Shown here one piece after another: positions 25,241 through 37,111 of a DNA stretch of 64,000 nucleotides. The position numbers were made by a program, and so were the translations under genes. The DNA is from Octopus vulgaris (lineage: Eukaryota). The DNA is taken from assembly GCA_951406725.2 (NCBI GenBank), contig OX597817.1, positions 117,180,001 to 117,244,000 on the forward strand, given 5' to 3'. Under the pieces are notes generated by a model, which ran no database searches, was not told the origin of the DNA, and saw nothing but the letters and a program-made list of their open reading frames with translations. The stretch's first letter is position 1, and the number at the start of each line of letters is the position of its first letter.

Positions 25241-25818
25241 GTTCAGACGCTATCTGACCAGCAGGCACGGACACATCTATTCACACCCGCATACTAACCT
25301 CCTGATAACCCCAAAATCATTCATGCATGAAGGGGAAGTATACACCACATTGGCTACTTCTTCTTTTCTCTCAGTTCAGCCTTTCTGCTAATACCGACAG
25401 GTCAGTAAAAACATATTCTCGCCTTGAACTTAAAATATTCTGAGATGTATAAAAAATCCATTTTAATTTTTGCTGTCAAAAGGCTGTATATATATACCAA
25501 AGATTGTATATATATACATGTAATGTGACAATTTGCGACAACCAATAATTAACGCAACCAATTCCCAATAATATATTTGTTTTATCCTTTTCTGCCAAAT
25601 TTTCCCAAATATTCTCATCACACTATTGAACTTCTCTGTTACCAAACACTATATTTATACATGTAATGTGACAATTATGTATAAAAAAACATTTTTGAAT
25701 TCATAATATCCAATGTGACAATTATGTAAAAAACTTTTTTGAATGCATAATATTCAATGTGACAATTATGTAAAAAACTTTTTTTGAACCCATATTATTC
25801 AATGTTTCCTTAAATGGA

Positions 25819-25859
25819 ACTTTTGACAATCTTTTACCAAAGAGTGAAACCGGTTAAGT
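25819..25859 (+). ncRNA. Inverted copy of the U3:A8 hammerhead
   Basis: acttTTGACAAtcttttaccaaagagtGAAACcgGTTaagt. Confidence 0.7.
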
Positions 25860-25899
25860 AAATAAACATCGTTTAAATTGCATTTTCAAACCTTTTTTT

Positions 25900-25980
<81 letters not shown>

Positions 25981-26159
25981 AAAGAGGTTGCTCTTTCACT
26001 GATATTTATTTCATGTCGATTAATTTTCCTGGAATTTGTTAATTTGTGTTAGTATTAGTGTTTATTGATAGTTCTTCTTCGATAGTTGTGCTTCACACTT
26101 ATAAAGTTCTAGTTGTCGTTATAGATGTTTTCATCTATCTGATATAAGAAACAGAATTA

Positions 26160-26940
26160 AATAATATAACATAAAGAAAATGGACGGTGTGAACAGAGAA
26201 AAATCAATTTATTTATATAACAATCAATTTCATGTTACCTACGCACGTTTCAATTCCCACCTTCATTCATATTTTACAATTGAAATTTCATTATGAATTT
26301 AAAAGGTAAAATTATTCTCAAAGCAAGATTGATATATATTCATATATATTCATTTACATCCTAATGGATAGAGAGCCCCTTACATACTGAATAACAGCAT
26401 GTTTGTTTGTGCTTTTGTGTCAGCATGAGTCTCTTTGGATTTCGTTCTAAAGATAGCTAGAGGTTAAAGAACGACCATAGTGGAGAATGACTGACTGGAG
26501 TCATTACGAACTACAGCACACTACCATTCCCCCTCAATAGACTTTAGATGTTTTTTTCTAGAGGCTGGCTCCCTACTCATTTGTCAGAAGAATAAAAATA
26601 ATAAAAATTGAAATAAATGTATTAGTAAATATCCAAATCTATATAATTATTTGATATCTATTCTTTTAATTGTGATAATTGCAATTTTTATTATTATAAT
26701 GTTTTACTTATTTAGATGTATTAATCTTATTTGTTGATAGCTTGGGTTATTATATATAATTCCAAAAATTAGTTTTATGTATTTTTAATGGGGGTACTAT
26801 TCACTACGTATACTCTATATGGCGCTACATCATTTTCAAATGGTTAGAATGCGTTTCACTTTAAGATTTGCTCCTATGTTTATTTTGACTTTATCATTCA
26901 CGGAGCATTTATCTAAATGTGATCTATTATTCAAAGTTTA

Positions 26941-26984
<44 letters not shown>

Positions 26985-27905
26985 GTACTTATGTTTCTTT
27001 TCCTTATGAAAATAAGTTCTCTCACCCTCATTTATTTAATATAACGGTAAATTTATTTATTTACATACATAAGCCGATAGAAGGGTTTCAATGTGTATTC
27101 CTACATTTAATTAATGTTATAGAATAAATTTAATTCTAGGTGTTGCATTATTCACTTAATGCCGATTTGATTATATTTATTCGGATTTATTAGACGTGTA
27201 TCTAATCATATAATGTCTACTAAATTTTATTTATTTCAATCTATTAAACGTATATTTAATCCTATGTGGACAGGAAAATCCTCTTTTTCACTTATTGTTG
27301 ATTAATTCTTGATTGGATGTAATGATCTAGATAATTTCCTTTACGCATAACTCACACCGCTTGCTCTCAATGCTATATGATTTTCTCGGTTAATTACTTT
27401 CCACTTCAGGTTATAGTGCTTATTTTTGCTCTTGATTGCCCAAGTTAACCTACTTAAACAACTGCTACCTCCTTTTCTCTGATCTATAAACGTGTTTTCA
27501 TTGTTGGCTCTCCTTCTTTTTATATAGCTTTCCGTGGAGCCTATGTAATAGTAATTCTACTCCCCAGGCATTAATTTGCACCTATATAATACACTTTTTC
27601 TCAACAACAATTTCTTAATGAACATCTATTTTTATCGTTATAGGTACAATCACAGGTTTTATTTTCAGGATCTTTCTCTGTTTCCTCAATAATAATGCCG
27701 TGCCTATTACATGTTTTACAGGGTTGTTTTCATTATGTTTATTCCTAGAGTTATGAATCTTAAATAATGATTTACTTCTTCACAGTGCAGTTTTAACTGT
27801 AAAATATGAATGAAAGTGGGAATTGAAATGTGTGAAAGCGACATGGAATTGACTATTATATAAACAAATTGATTTTTCTGTGTTCAAACTCTCCCCTTTC
27901 ATTAC
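26160..27905. mobile_element. Old inverted pair of PLE termini
   Basis: 26190..26285 and 27790..27886 are diverged inverted repeats. Minus ~26410..26450 translates NEIQRDSC*HKS, like a PLE endonuclease C-terminal CxH. Hammerhead at 26235..26326. Confidence 0.6.
26235..26326 (-). ncRNA. Hammerhead ribozyme, U3:A8 variant with long stem II
   Basis: Minus: ttgct-TTGAGAA-t-aattttacctt...aaggtgggaatt-GAAAC-gtgc-GTA-ggtaa. Confidence 0.62.
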
Positions 27906-27935
27906 ACACACACACACAATAATTATATATAATTA

Positions 27936-28108
27936 TGTCTGGAGAGAGTCATTCTCTTTTAGCGACTTATTAATTTAACACAATCACCGGTCTGATTTCC
28001 ACTCATTTACTTATAAGCAAAATAAATAAATAAATAAAAAAGTAAATGAGCGGAAATCAGGCCGGAGAGTGTGTCAAATTAATAAGAGAGAATGACTCTC
28101 CCCAGACA
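27936..28108. mobile_element. MITE-like fold-back element
   Basis: tgtctggagagagtcattctct...ccggtctgatttccactcatttactt / aagtaaatgagcggaaatcaggccgg...agagaatgactctccccagaca, around an A-rich spacer. Confidence 0.75.
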
Positions 28109-28942
28109 ATAAAATATGCTTCAACACACGAATTCACACAAACCAAATGCATTACCGAAATATAAATGTGCCTGGATGCGTACATGGGTACAAGTACGCA
28201 CGCATCTTTTTTCTGAACTCATCTAAATATTTCACCACAGTTGTGTATATGTGTGTATGTAAATGTGTGAGAGTGTATGCGTATGTGTGTATATGCAAGA
28301 ATGGTGTATATATGTATGATTTTTATGCAGTTTCAGTCTCATTGATAGATGGATAGATAGATGGATAGATAGATAGATAGATAGACAAATGGATGGATGG
28401 ATGGATAGATTGCAGAAGTAATTTAGCGCAAGTAAATGCGTTTTGAGCGAAGACACCCACGCACACACATACATACACAGTCACTCACATACGCACATGA
28501 TAACAACGTGTGTGTGCCGTGCGTACACTTTCGTTGGCAGATGCATCTCCAGCACAGTCGGAATTAATGACGCGTTGGTTAATTTTATTTATTTCGTTCT
28601 TTTAAGTCTTGAAAGGTTGAGCGACTGAAAATGCAAGCTGTTATGTTAGTAACATTCGACTTACATTTTATTTCATAGATGCATTTGAAAGAAATTAAAT
28701 TTCCTTCATTCTCTTCTTCTTTTTTTCCCTAATTTCCATAATCATCAAAATTTACTTCTTCTGAATTAGTAACCTAAAAAGATATTTTACAAATTATTTA
28801 CATACATACATTCATAGGTACATGTATGCACGCACGGAGAATTACACACACACACACATTCACACATATACGCACGCACTGACATTGATGCACACGCGCA
28901 TATATACACACACACACACACACACACATATGTATATCTGCG

Positions 28943-29001
<59 letters not shown>

Positions 29002-29530
29002 AGAGAGAGAGAGAGATAGATACATTTGCATATACATATGTAAGTATGTGTGTGTTTGTGTATATGTTAATATATGTATAGTTTGATAGGTTTGGGGATG
29101 AATACATATGTATATAAATTTATACATATTTAATTGTATACAAACACACATATCCTTTTGTCTATTTGTGTGAGAGGATTTGGTAAAGAATGAAAAATAA
29201 TTATTTTCTTTGTTTTGCCCTCTTACTGTTGCTCAGAATGAGCTTGAATCTTTAAATGTGAGTCACTGTCTTTATATAGATTTTTGTGTAAGCTGCCCGT
29301 TCTGTGTCGCTGCGTGTGCATCGATACATACATGTATTTCTAATTACACAAACCCGCATATTCTTTGTGTTTCATTATCTTCATTGCATTTATCAAAACC
29401 AACTTTTGCAACATTTACTCTGGTTCATAAAATAATGGAATCAAAATATACAATATACTATACATAAAACCAAACACGAGCACTCACATGTATATATGTA
29501 TATAGATGTATATCTGTACATATATATATA

Positions 29531-29642
29531 TCACGTGATCACGTGACCGACCAGACCATCAGATGTTGCTACACATCGCTGGTCACAATGCGTTTGCATT
29601 GTTTTATTCTTTGAATGACGCTGGCTAAGCGAGCAGGCCAAC
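29531..29642 (-). repeat. Short structured interspersed fragment within (AT)n, probably a retroelement 3' end
   Basis: GC-balanced 110-bp island flanked by (AT)n. It ends in tandem tcacgtga palindromes and has gtgacc/ggtcac and gatgt/acatc pairings. Confidence 0.35.
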
Positions 29643-30438
29643 ATATATATATATATATACATACACACAGTTACACTTATGTATATATATGTGTGTAAGC
29701 ATGTATGTATTTATTGTATATATATAATGACTTTTCGTCTGATGATGTAAAGTAATGGCTATGTACCGTAAGTACTCCGTCTGCTCTATCACAAAGACGC
29801 CAGTTTGAAGTGCTACTGAAAAAAGTTAATGTTATAGCCGCTAATCAAAGATAGCTAAAATTAGTTCGTCTTTGAGCAGGTAGATATATATTAAAAAGAG
29901 AAAATAAGTAAACAAATGATACGGTATTACTTTAGAGCATTTCATTTATAATTTGAACATAGTGTGGAGTAGTTAAAGTCTCTTAAATTTGTTTCTAGAA
30001 TAGATAAGCACACACATCTTATATAAGTGAGTAAAGACTTCCACGTAAGCCAAGTATTTTCTCATTGGAGAGAGAAAAAGAAATACAAAAGTGCTTAATC
30101 CAGAATATTATTTGTTACTAGTTCGTTGACGGAATAAGGAATGTCCAACGTAAATGGTGGATTTGGTTAACAGATCCATGATCGAAGGATTAAGGAGATC
30201 CATAGTAAGAGATAGAGTCTGTTAGAAAGAGCCATTGCTGGAGTATCACAGAATATCTAATGCTGACAGAAGTAGCTAGTTCCATCTTTACTTACACATG
30301 ATCCGTATGATTAGTTATTCTAAAAATTCCTGTAAAAGACTTCACGTATTTACTATGACTATGCAACAATATTTAAATTATAAACTAAATGTTCTAAGGT
30401 GTTACCATATGTTTTACTTGTTTGTTCTCTGCTTTTAA

Positions 30439-30482
<44 letters not shown>

Positions 30483-30494
<12 letters not shown>

Positions 30495-30675
30495 TTAGAG
30501 ACAAAACCACTATTATGCAAATCAAACAAAGAAAGATTTAATCCAATACATAACATTTTTATATAAATTAAATATAATTAAGATTAATTAATCTTAATTA
30601 TATTTAATTTATATAAAAAAGTCTTTCTTTGTTTGATTTGCATAATAGTGGTTTTGTCTCTAATTAATATTATAT
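30483..30675. repeat. Long AT-rich palindrome with no central spacer
   Basis: Perfect 64-bp palindrome at 30556..30619, centred at 30587/30588, plus outer arms 30483..30536 and 30622..30675. Confidence 0.9.
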
Positions 30676-30754
30676 TATATTTTACTATAAAATTGGATTC
30701 AATCATAAATCTGATTTTTCCCTGTAAATTTGGATTTATTCCCTAATATTTATT

Positions 30755-30809
<55 letters not shown>

Positions 30810-31107
30810 AACGACAACAAGAAAAAAAAACGCGAGGATGTAGTATATGCAAAGTATTAATGAGACTTTCACAGAAGGAAATAAAGAGTGGTTGTTTTAC
30901 GCTTCGCGCATAGCTCTTCTTCAGAAACAGGAGACATAGGAAAGTCCAAAAGAAAAGAGGGAAAAATTTCGCCAACAATCCACGTGAAGCTACTTTTTTG
31001 AAATGACCGGAAGTAGATGAACAAAGAGTAAAGTTTTTTCTCAACAGGAGAGTTTGAAAAATGCTTAGTATCTGTGTGTATGTGTGTGTGCCTGCGTGTG
31101 TAGTGTG

Positions 31108-31160
<53 letters not shown>

Positions 31161-31189
31161 ATAGCATGTGTATATGGTACTGTGTGTCT

Positions 31190-31395
31190 GGTGGGGGAGA
31201 ACCGGCAGAATCGATTGTAAATCAAGGAAAATGATTAATGTCTTTTCGTCCGTCTTTAAGTTGATTACAAATACCACCGGCGGGGACGAATTTACCTTTC
31301 AATAAGTACCGATGGAATACTGCGGTCGACGTAATCGACTTAGCCACAACCCGAAATTGCTGGACTTGTGGACTTGTACCAAAATCTGAAACCAT
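31190..31395 (+). mobile_element. Meta-type SINE (degenerate)
   Basis: accggcagaatcg...aataagtacc...ggtcgacgtaatcgactta...cttgtaccaaaatctgaaacc. Confidence 0.6.
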
Positions 31396-31594
31396 TATAT
31401 GATAATATATGGTAATATACATCTTATGATGTGGCATAATGTGAAGTGATGTGATTTGTTTACGATAGAATACAATTAGCAAAGTACTTTAATACGGGTG
31501 TGTTGAAGCATTGCATCAGAAGATAACATCGGATTACACACACGCATATACACAGACACAAGATATATATATACATACATATATACATATATAC

Positions 31595-31627
<33 letters not shown>

Positions 31628-32172
31628 CGTGTGTGTGTGTGTGCATGTATGTATGTACGTACAAGTTTTAAAATGTATAGCAAATGTAGAAACGAAAAAC
31701 AATCACTGAATAGCAAGTTAAAAACATATATTAAATGCTAAAACGAACAAAAATCAGATACAAAGTCTCTAATTCCTCATCAGTTATCGTACAGAGGGTC
31801 TTCTACAATTTCGGTATTTAACGATAATATTGATTCCCAGCCGGAAACACCTGCAAGAGTTGTAGAGAATATAGGACCGGGAACCGACAAACAATATAGA
31901 CATAACAAGTGATACAGAAGTGAATTACGAAAATGAACAAATCAAGACGAGGCCACTAATAGACAGGCGAGAGACATAACCAAAGTAAACAGAATACAGC
32001 CTTCAGGCCAGATAAAAACGGAGCATGGGAAATGCTTTGAGGGAAATCCTAAATGACTGGAAACGGAAGGGCAACAGCCAGCGAAACAGGCTGAAGTGGA
32101 GACTTAAGAATTCACGACCGGTTACCTTAAGTTCCTGTCTAAAAAGGAGACAGAAGGAAAAAGTTGTATGTT

Positions 32173-32204
<32 letters not shown>

Positions 32205-32236
32205 TGTATGTATGTATGTATGTATGTATGTATGTT

Positions 32237-32268
<32 letters not shown>

Positions 32269-32279
32269 TGTATGTATGC

Positions 32280-32367
<88 letters not shown>

Positions 32368-33189
32368 AGGACGATAGGCATAAATACAGACTAGTATATA
32401 TTGAGGTATATAAGTGATAGTTATAAGTATAGACATTCCGATTTATAGATATATTGGCTGAAAAATTAAAAGATATATATTTTCCAAATAACAACGTGCA
32501 TATAGACTTTTTCCCAAGAATGCACAATAAATATTTATGGCTTAAAATTTTGTTCGACCTTGAAGTTACATTAGCACGGTAATAAATCTTAGTTTCCACC
32601 TTCTTGTGGGTCAAATTTCAAATAGCAATTTCAAAGTATACTTGATAAATATATGAGCAAATTCCCCTGTGGCATGAATAATAGAACCTGAATTACCCTG
32701 TTTAGAAGTAGAAAACAAAAAAAACACATAAAATTTATTATATTTTCTCTCAATTTTTTGGGCTGTTGTAAGACGTTTTCCATAAAACATCGATTTTTTG
32801 TTGTCTTCCACTTTCACAAAATCTTTACTGCCAGTGTATTTTCGATCTTTTTTTTTTCTGCACGAGTGATACATTATTTATATCAACAAGATTGATGTAA
32901 TGCCATTTTCTCAAAGCGGGCCTTTTGCGAAAGTCGTTATTATTAAGCGACTCTCTTCATTGAGATTTTTCAAGCATAATGATACATTAGTCAAATATAA
33001 TTTTGAGATTAAGACTTACTGAAGTTCATAGTCTACAGATACACAGAATAAAAATAATATTAATAGAGCCTACAACAGCCAACCCTACCCATCACTCTAT
33101 GGACACGGGCGATATGCATAACAATTTGATATGCATAACAATTTGATATTAATTTGATATTAATTCCAAATACTATCCTAGTCTATAAC

Positions 33190-34315
33190 TTGCCCATAAA
33201 TAGTGTAGCATCATTCCTACCCACATCTAAACCATGTAGGCTAGATAGATCCAGCTGTAATTGCCGATCTGAGACTGAATGTCCACTGCAAACCCAATTT
33301 GATTTAAAGTTGTGTATAATTGAATTGTCTATGACCTACTGCACAATTCCGCTAGCCTTTACATTCTTGCAAACATAAGTTCTATCGTACCTTTAGGTTC
33401 TTTCAGAGGCCTAACTGCAAGCGAAATTCGCACACATGATATTACAACACCTGCCTCTCTGCATTCACAATCGAAACAATATTCGTGCGTATTTCCTTCA
33501 TTTGCTAATATCTATACCCTAAACACGTATCTTTGAAATTCGTTGGCTACATTAATCTTTTTAATTGTTAATTTAAAATTTTAAATTTTAATTCCAAGTA
33601 ATCTTTAAATATATTTCCTTTCTTAAAGTTAGCCATCTATTTCTCTTTAATGACTACTGAACTAAAGTAAAATATTCCTTTTGACCACGCTGAACCAAGA
33701 ATGCATCTATCTATTTAATTACCCTTTGATGGCCATAAAATGCCGTCTGCCTTCCTCCTCGACCTTACCAAAACCTTAACCTCTGACATCTTACTCCGAA
33801 CAGACCTTCAGTCTCAATGCATCACTCAAACTACTGTTTGGATTTACCCGGGATTAAACCTAAGGAGGTATACCTTCACGGAAATACGGACAAACCTCCA
33901 TAGCCTCCGGAACAAGTTGAACTGTGAGATTTCGTCTTCTATCTACTGTTTAATTCTTCTATCTACTGTAAATTCTCTGTCTGGAACTTTCCTGCATACA
34001 CACCTTGTCTCTGATGACTGAATATCTAGTGTATGACGGTGTTAAACCACTACTTAGGATATCAAAGAAACAGCTGTAAGACACTAATTCTACTTCCTCT
34101 TTTTAATTCACCTTTACTCTAATTAAATATTCTAAATAAACTGAGCTGTTCGTCCTGCCTTGAGTTTGCTTTCTTTTCCTTTAATATATATACCTGGTGA
34201 TTGAGAAGCCTACTACGGATCCCTATATCTAGCCTCAGCTGTAAACTTGGAACCTAACCAATTATAGCGCTTACGCAGCGTACCTATTAATTTAGATCAT
34301 CAATGAACTAAACAC

Positions 34316-34320
<5 letters not shown>
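33190..34320 (+). mobile_element. Decayed PLE 3' portion (CxC-x5-C linker type) with hammerhead
   Basis: Translation SCNCRSETECPL, the motif that precedes GIY-YIG in this PLE type. Hammerhead at 34006..34083; the element ends at (AT)n. Confidence 0.6.
34006..34083 (+). ncRNA. Type I hammerhead ribozyme
   Basis: tgtct-CTGATGA-[atatc/gatat, tagtg/cacta]-GAAA-cagctg-TA-agaca. Stem III is the palindrome acagctgt and the triplet is GUA. Confidence 0.8.
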
Positions 34321-34350
<30 letters not shown>

Positions 34351-34446
34351 ATAAAACGGTAAGATAACAAAAGAAAGAAAGAGACCTCAATATTATGTAA
34401 ATAGAGGAAATTTATCTATACAATATGTTACATTACTCGGTAGTCA

Positions 34447-34509
34447 AGATAAAACTCTGAGTTTCAGATGCCGAAGTGGAAATCCACAACACCATCTCTT
34501 CGGTTATCT
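34447..34509 (-). ncRNA. Hammerhead ribozyme, C4 core variant
   Basis: Minus: agataa-CCGAAGA-gatg...gtgga/tccac...catc-t-GAAA-ctc-a-gag-TT-ttatct. Stem I is a perfect 6 bp and the triplet is GUU. Confidence 0.72.
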
Positions 34510-34702
34510 GGCTATTTGAAAACGTTATGAAAAAATACCGTTAAAAATGAAGGAAATTACTCTGTTATAACTCTGCTTTGCCTGCGTACTTATACATCGC
34601 TCGCATTTTTCGTCATAAAAATTATATAAAAATACATAAAAATATATAAAAATATATAAAAATATATAAAATCTTCTTGGGACATAACACAGAAAGCATG
34701 TT

Positions 34703-35131
34703 CTATCCGTTTTCTTTGGGGGACCAAAAACGTAACAGAAATTTAGTCACATGTGGGCATGATCCGAAAAGCTCTGTCCTTGTATTTAGACATGTGGTAG
34801 GGTCTAAGCTGCTTTTCCAGATAAGCCATCTCTCCATGTCGCATAAACCGCACCTTCCGCTGCCGTTAGTATAGGGCTTACATCTGGCCAAAATCTTCCA
34901 TTGTATGTTATAATCGACACCTTTATCTCTTAAAGACCAAATATGATTGGATAATTGTGTCGCTTTTCTTTTGTTCCAGTGCCTAAAGCTCAAAGTGTGG
35001 TTATTGAACCTGGCCTTGAAATTACCCTCTGTCAGGCCCACGTATTTCTTCGTCGAAACGGTGTCTTTAGTGGTTATAGAGTTTACGGTAGCTTCATATA
35101 TGATGGTCTTGGACATGCAAGCTCCATTTAG
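34703..35131 (-). pseudogene. PLE GIY-YIG endonuclease domain (5'-truncated; Naiad-like Cys pattern)
   Basis: LNGACMSKTIIYEATV...KYVGLTEGNFKARFNNHTLSF...TQLSNHIW...CGLC..E...LNTRTELFGSCPH. Confidence 0.88.
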
Positions 35132-35471
35132 CGTGGGCCTGACAGAGGGTAATTTCAAGGCCAGGTTCAATAACCACACTTTGAGCTTTAGGCACTGGAA
35201 CAAAAGAAAAGCGACACAATTATCCAATCATATTTGGTCTTTAAGAGATAAAGGTGTCGATTATAACATACAATGGAAGATTTTGGCCAGATGTAAGCCC
35301 TATACTAACGGCAGCGGAAGGTGCGGTTTATGCGACATGGAGAGATGGCTTATCTGGAAAAGCAGCTTAGACCCTACCACATGTCTAAATACAAGGACAG
35401 AGCTTTTCGGATCATGCCCACATGTGACTAAATTTCTGTTACGTTTTTGGTCCCCTAAAGAAAACGGATAG
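35132..35471 (+). pseudogene. Inverted partial copy of the PLE GIY-YIG domain
   Basis: Identical peptide from VGLTEGNFKARF to FWSPKENG*. Confidence 0.85.
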
Positions 35472-35665
35472 AACATGCTTTCTGTGTTATGTCCCAAGAA
35501 GATTTTATATATTTTTATATATTTTTATATATTTTTATGTATTTTTATATAATTTTTATGACGAAAAATGCGAGCGATGTATAAGTACGCAGGCAAAGCA
35601 GAGTTATAACAGAGTAATTTCCCTTCATTTTTAACAGTATTTTTTCATAACGGTTTCAAATAGCC

Positions 35666-35728
35666 AGATAACCGAAGAGATGGTGTTGTGGATTTCCACT
35701 TCGGCATCTGTAACTCAGAGTTTTATCT
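35666..35728 (+). ncRNA. Hammerhead copy with a core mutation (GAAA>GTAA), likely inactive
   Basis: agataaCCGAAGAgatg...catctGTAActcagagttttatct. Confidence 0.6.
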
Positions 35729-35757
35729 TGACTACCGAGTAATGTAACATATTGTAT

Positions 35758-35800
<43 letters not shown>

Positions 35801-35841
35801 TATATAGATAGGTAGATCGATAGATAGATAGATAGATAGAC

Positions 35842-35874
<33 letters not shown>

Positions 35875-35879
35875 TAATA

Positions 35880-35917
<38 letters not shown>

Positions 35918-35934
35918 TATATTTCCTAGTGAAT

Positions 35935-36145
35935 ACGAGTGACTTAGAGGTTCGGGGTATTCGGCTCCCGATCGTAAGGTCATGCGTGAGATGAAATCCC
36001 GACGACGCGTTCTGTTCTTGAACAAACGTCTCATCAGATTCTGTCATATTGAAACGCTCCGTTAACGGTAGGCGTGTCCATGCAGTGTTTAGATACTTGC
36101 CCGTTAATTTCACGAGCAGGCTGTTCTGTTGACCGGATCAACTGT
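35935..36145 (+). mobile_element. Degenerate tRNA-derived SINE
   Basis: gtgacttagaggttcggggtattcggctcccgatcgtaaggtc tRNA-like head. Confidence 0.45.
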
Positions 36146-36386
36146 TAGTTTTGTTTGATATCTCATAGTATACATTTTTATCCCTAGATCGTTATTTTAA
36201 AAGACACATTTCATTTTTAAAAAATGCAGACTCAGAATCCCTGACGTACAACGCTTATGTTTAAAGGCTTTATAAAAATGTTAAGTGATATAAAAATAAA
36301 ATAAAAACATTCTAAAAAACTTACTGTTCATTGTAATACATTGTTTGCACTGCATTTCGATATGAGCCCGAAATATATAAACAAAG

Positions 36387-36430
<44 letters not shown>

Positions 36431-37111
36431 TGGTGATAGAGCTTTGCTGGGACAATGATAGAGCGTTGCAAAGGAAAAGAGATACAAATGTAAGACTAAA
36501 AATGCGCGTAACAGTGAATAGAATAGTGTTTTTTGATTAACGTGTAGTTAAAACCTTCAATAATAAATGAAACTTGAAAGTGACATTTTCATCTAAAGAA
36601 AATATCAGAATTGGAAATTATAAGAGATTTCTATAATGTGACGACTTTCATAAGTGATCACTTTTTTAATGTTTTTTTTCTTTCTTTTTATACAAATAAC
36701 CTGAATACAACTAAGTAATGAGCAGTTTTCTTCATAGATATAAAGCCCAAACAAATTTGTTTTTAGTTTTCATTTGTGCAATAATGTCACTGTCTTCTAT
36801 GAAATATCAGAATATTTTCCCGTATATTGGGACATGCTTCTTGACACAATTCTAATTCGTGTATCACATGCATAGGAATTTGGAGTCAGAATTTCTATTG
36901 TATGTAATTCGTTTCCAGATATTGATAATGGATTTAACGTCTTTAAATTTGATTGTCTTTTAATCTATATATTCCTTACATACGAGTTGCGCGATATCTC
37001 CATTACGCTGCGGCTTCTGCCCATCTCTTTCATGATGATTTCCGTTTGGTCACGCATGCACAAGAATAGCTACAGATAATATATATATACTACAGATAAT
37101 ATATATATATA

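Larger units (their letters stand above)
20720..25905 (-). mobile_element. Neptune-type Penelope-like retroelement, 5'-truncated, with ~660-bp inverted terminal repeats
   Basis: 20720..21380 is the near-identical reverse complement of 25244..25905. It has an internal RT + GIY-YIG ORF, an (AC)n-rich 3' region at 21385..22800, a hammerhead variant in each terminus, and a right end that abuts (AT)n. Confidence 0.93.
34349..35762. mobile_element. Young fold-back PLE insertion: GIY-YIG domain plus 3' terminal repeat duplicated in inverted orientation
   Basis: Arms 34413..35042 and 35132..35762 are nearly identical, with an 89-bp spacer and (AT)n on both sides. Confidence 0.92.

Noticed and set aside
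26420-26432. In-frame TGA near the CxH motif as possible selenocysteine (known in Naiad PLEs)
   Set aside because: The TGA occupies the x position, not a Cys position, and is consistent with CGA>TGA decay. No SECIS was recognisable here or after 35471.
29737-29830. ctgatga motif
   Set aside because: No matching stem II, GAAA, stem III or stem I partner.
31780-32165. Purine-rich segment with ORF 32025..32417
   Set aside because: No recognisable domain and the ORF runs into a microsatellite. It may be a repeat fragment but cannot be classified.
34947-35471. 174-aa ORFs on both strands as genuine genes
   Set aside because: Their N-terminal parts are antisense read-through produced by the inversion; only the GIY-YIG portion is real coding sequence.
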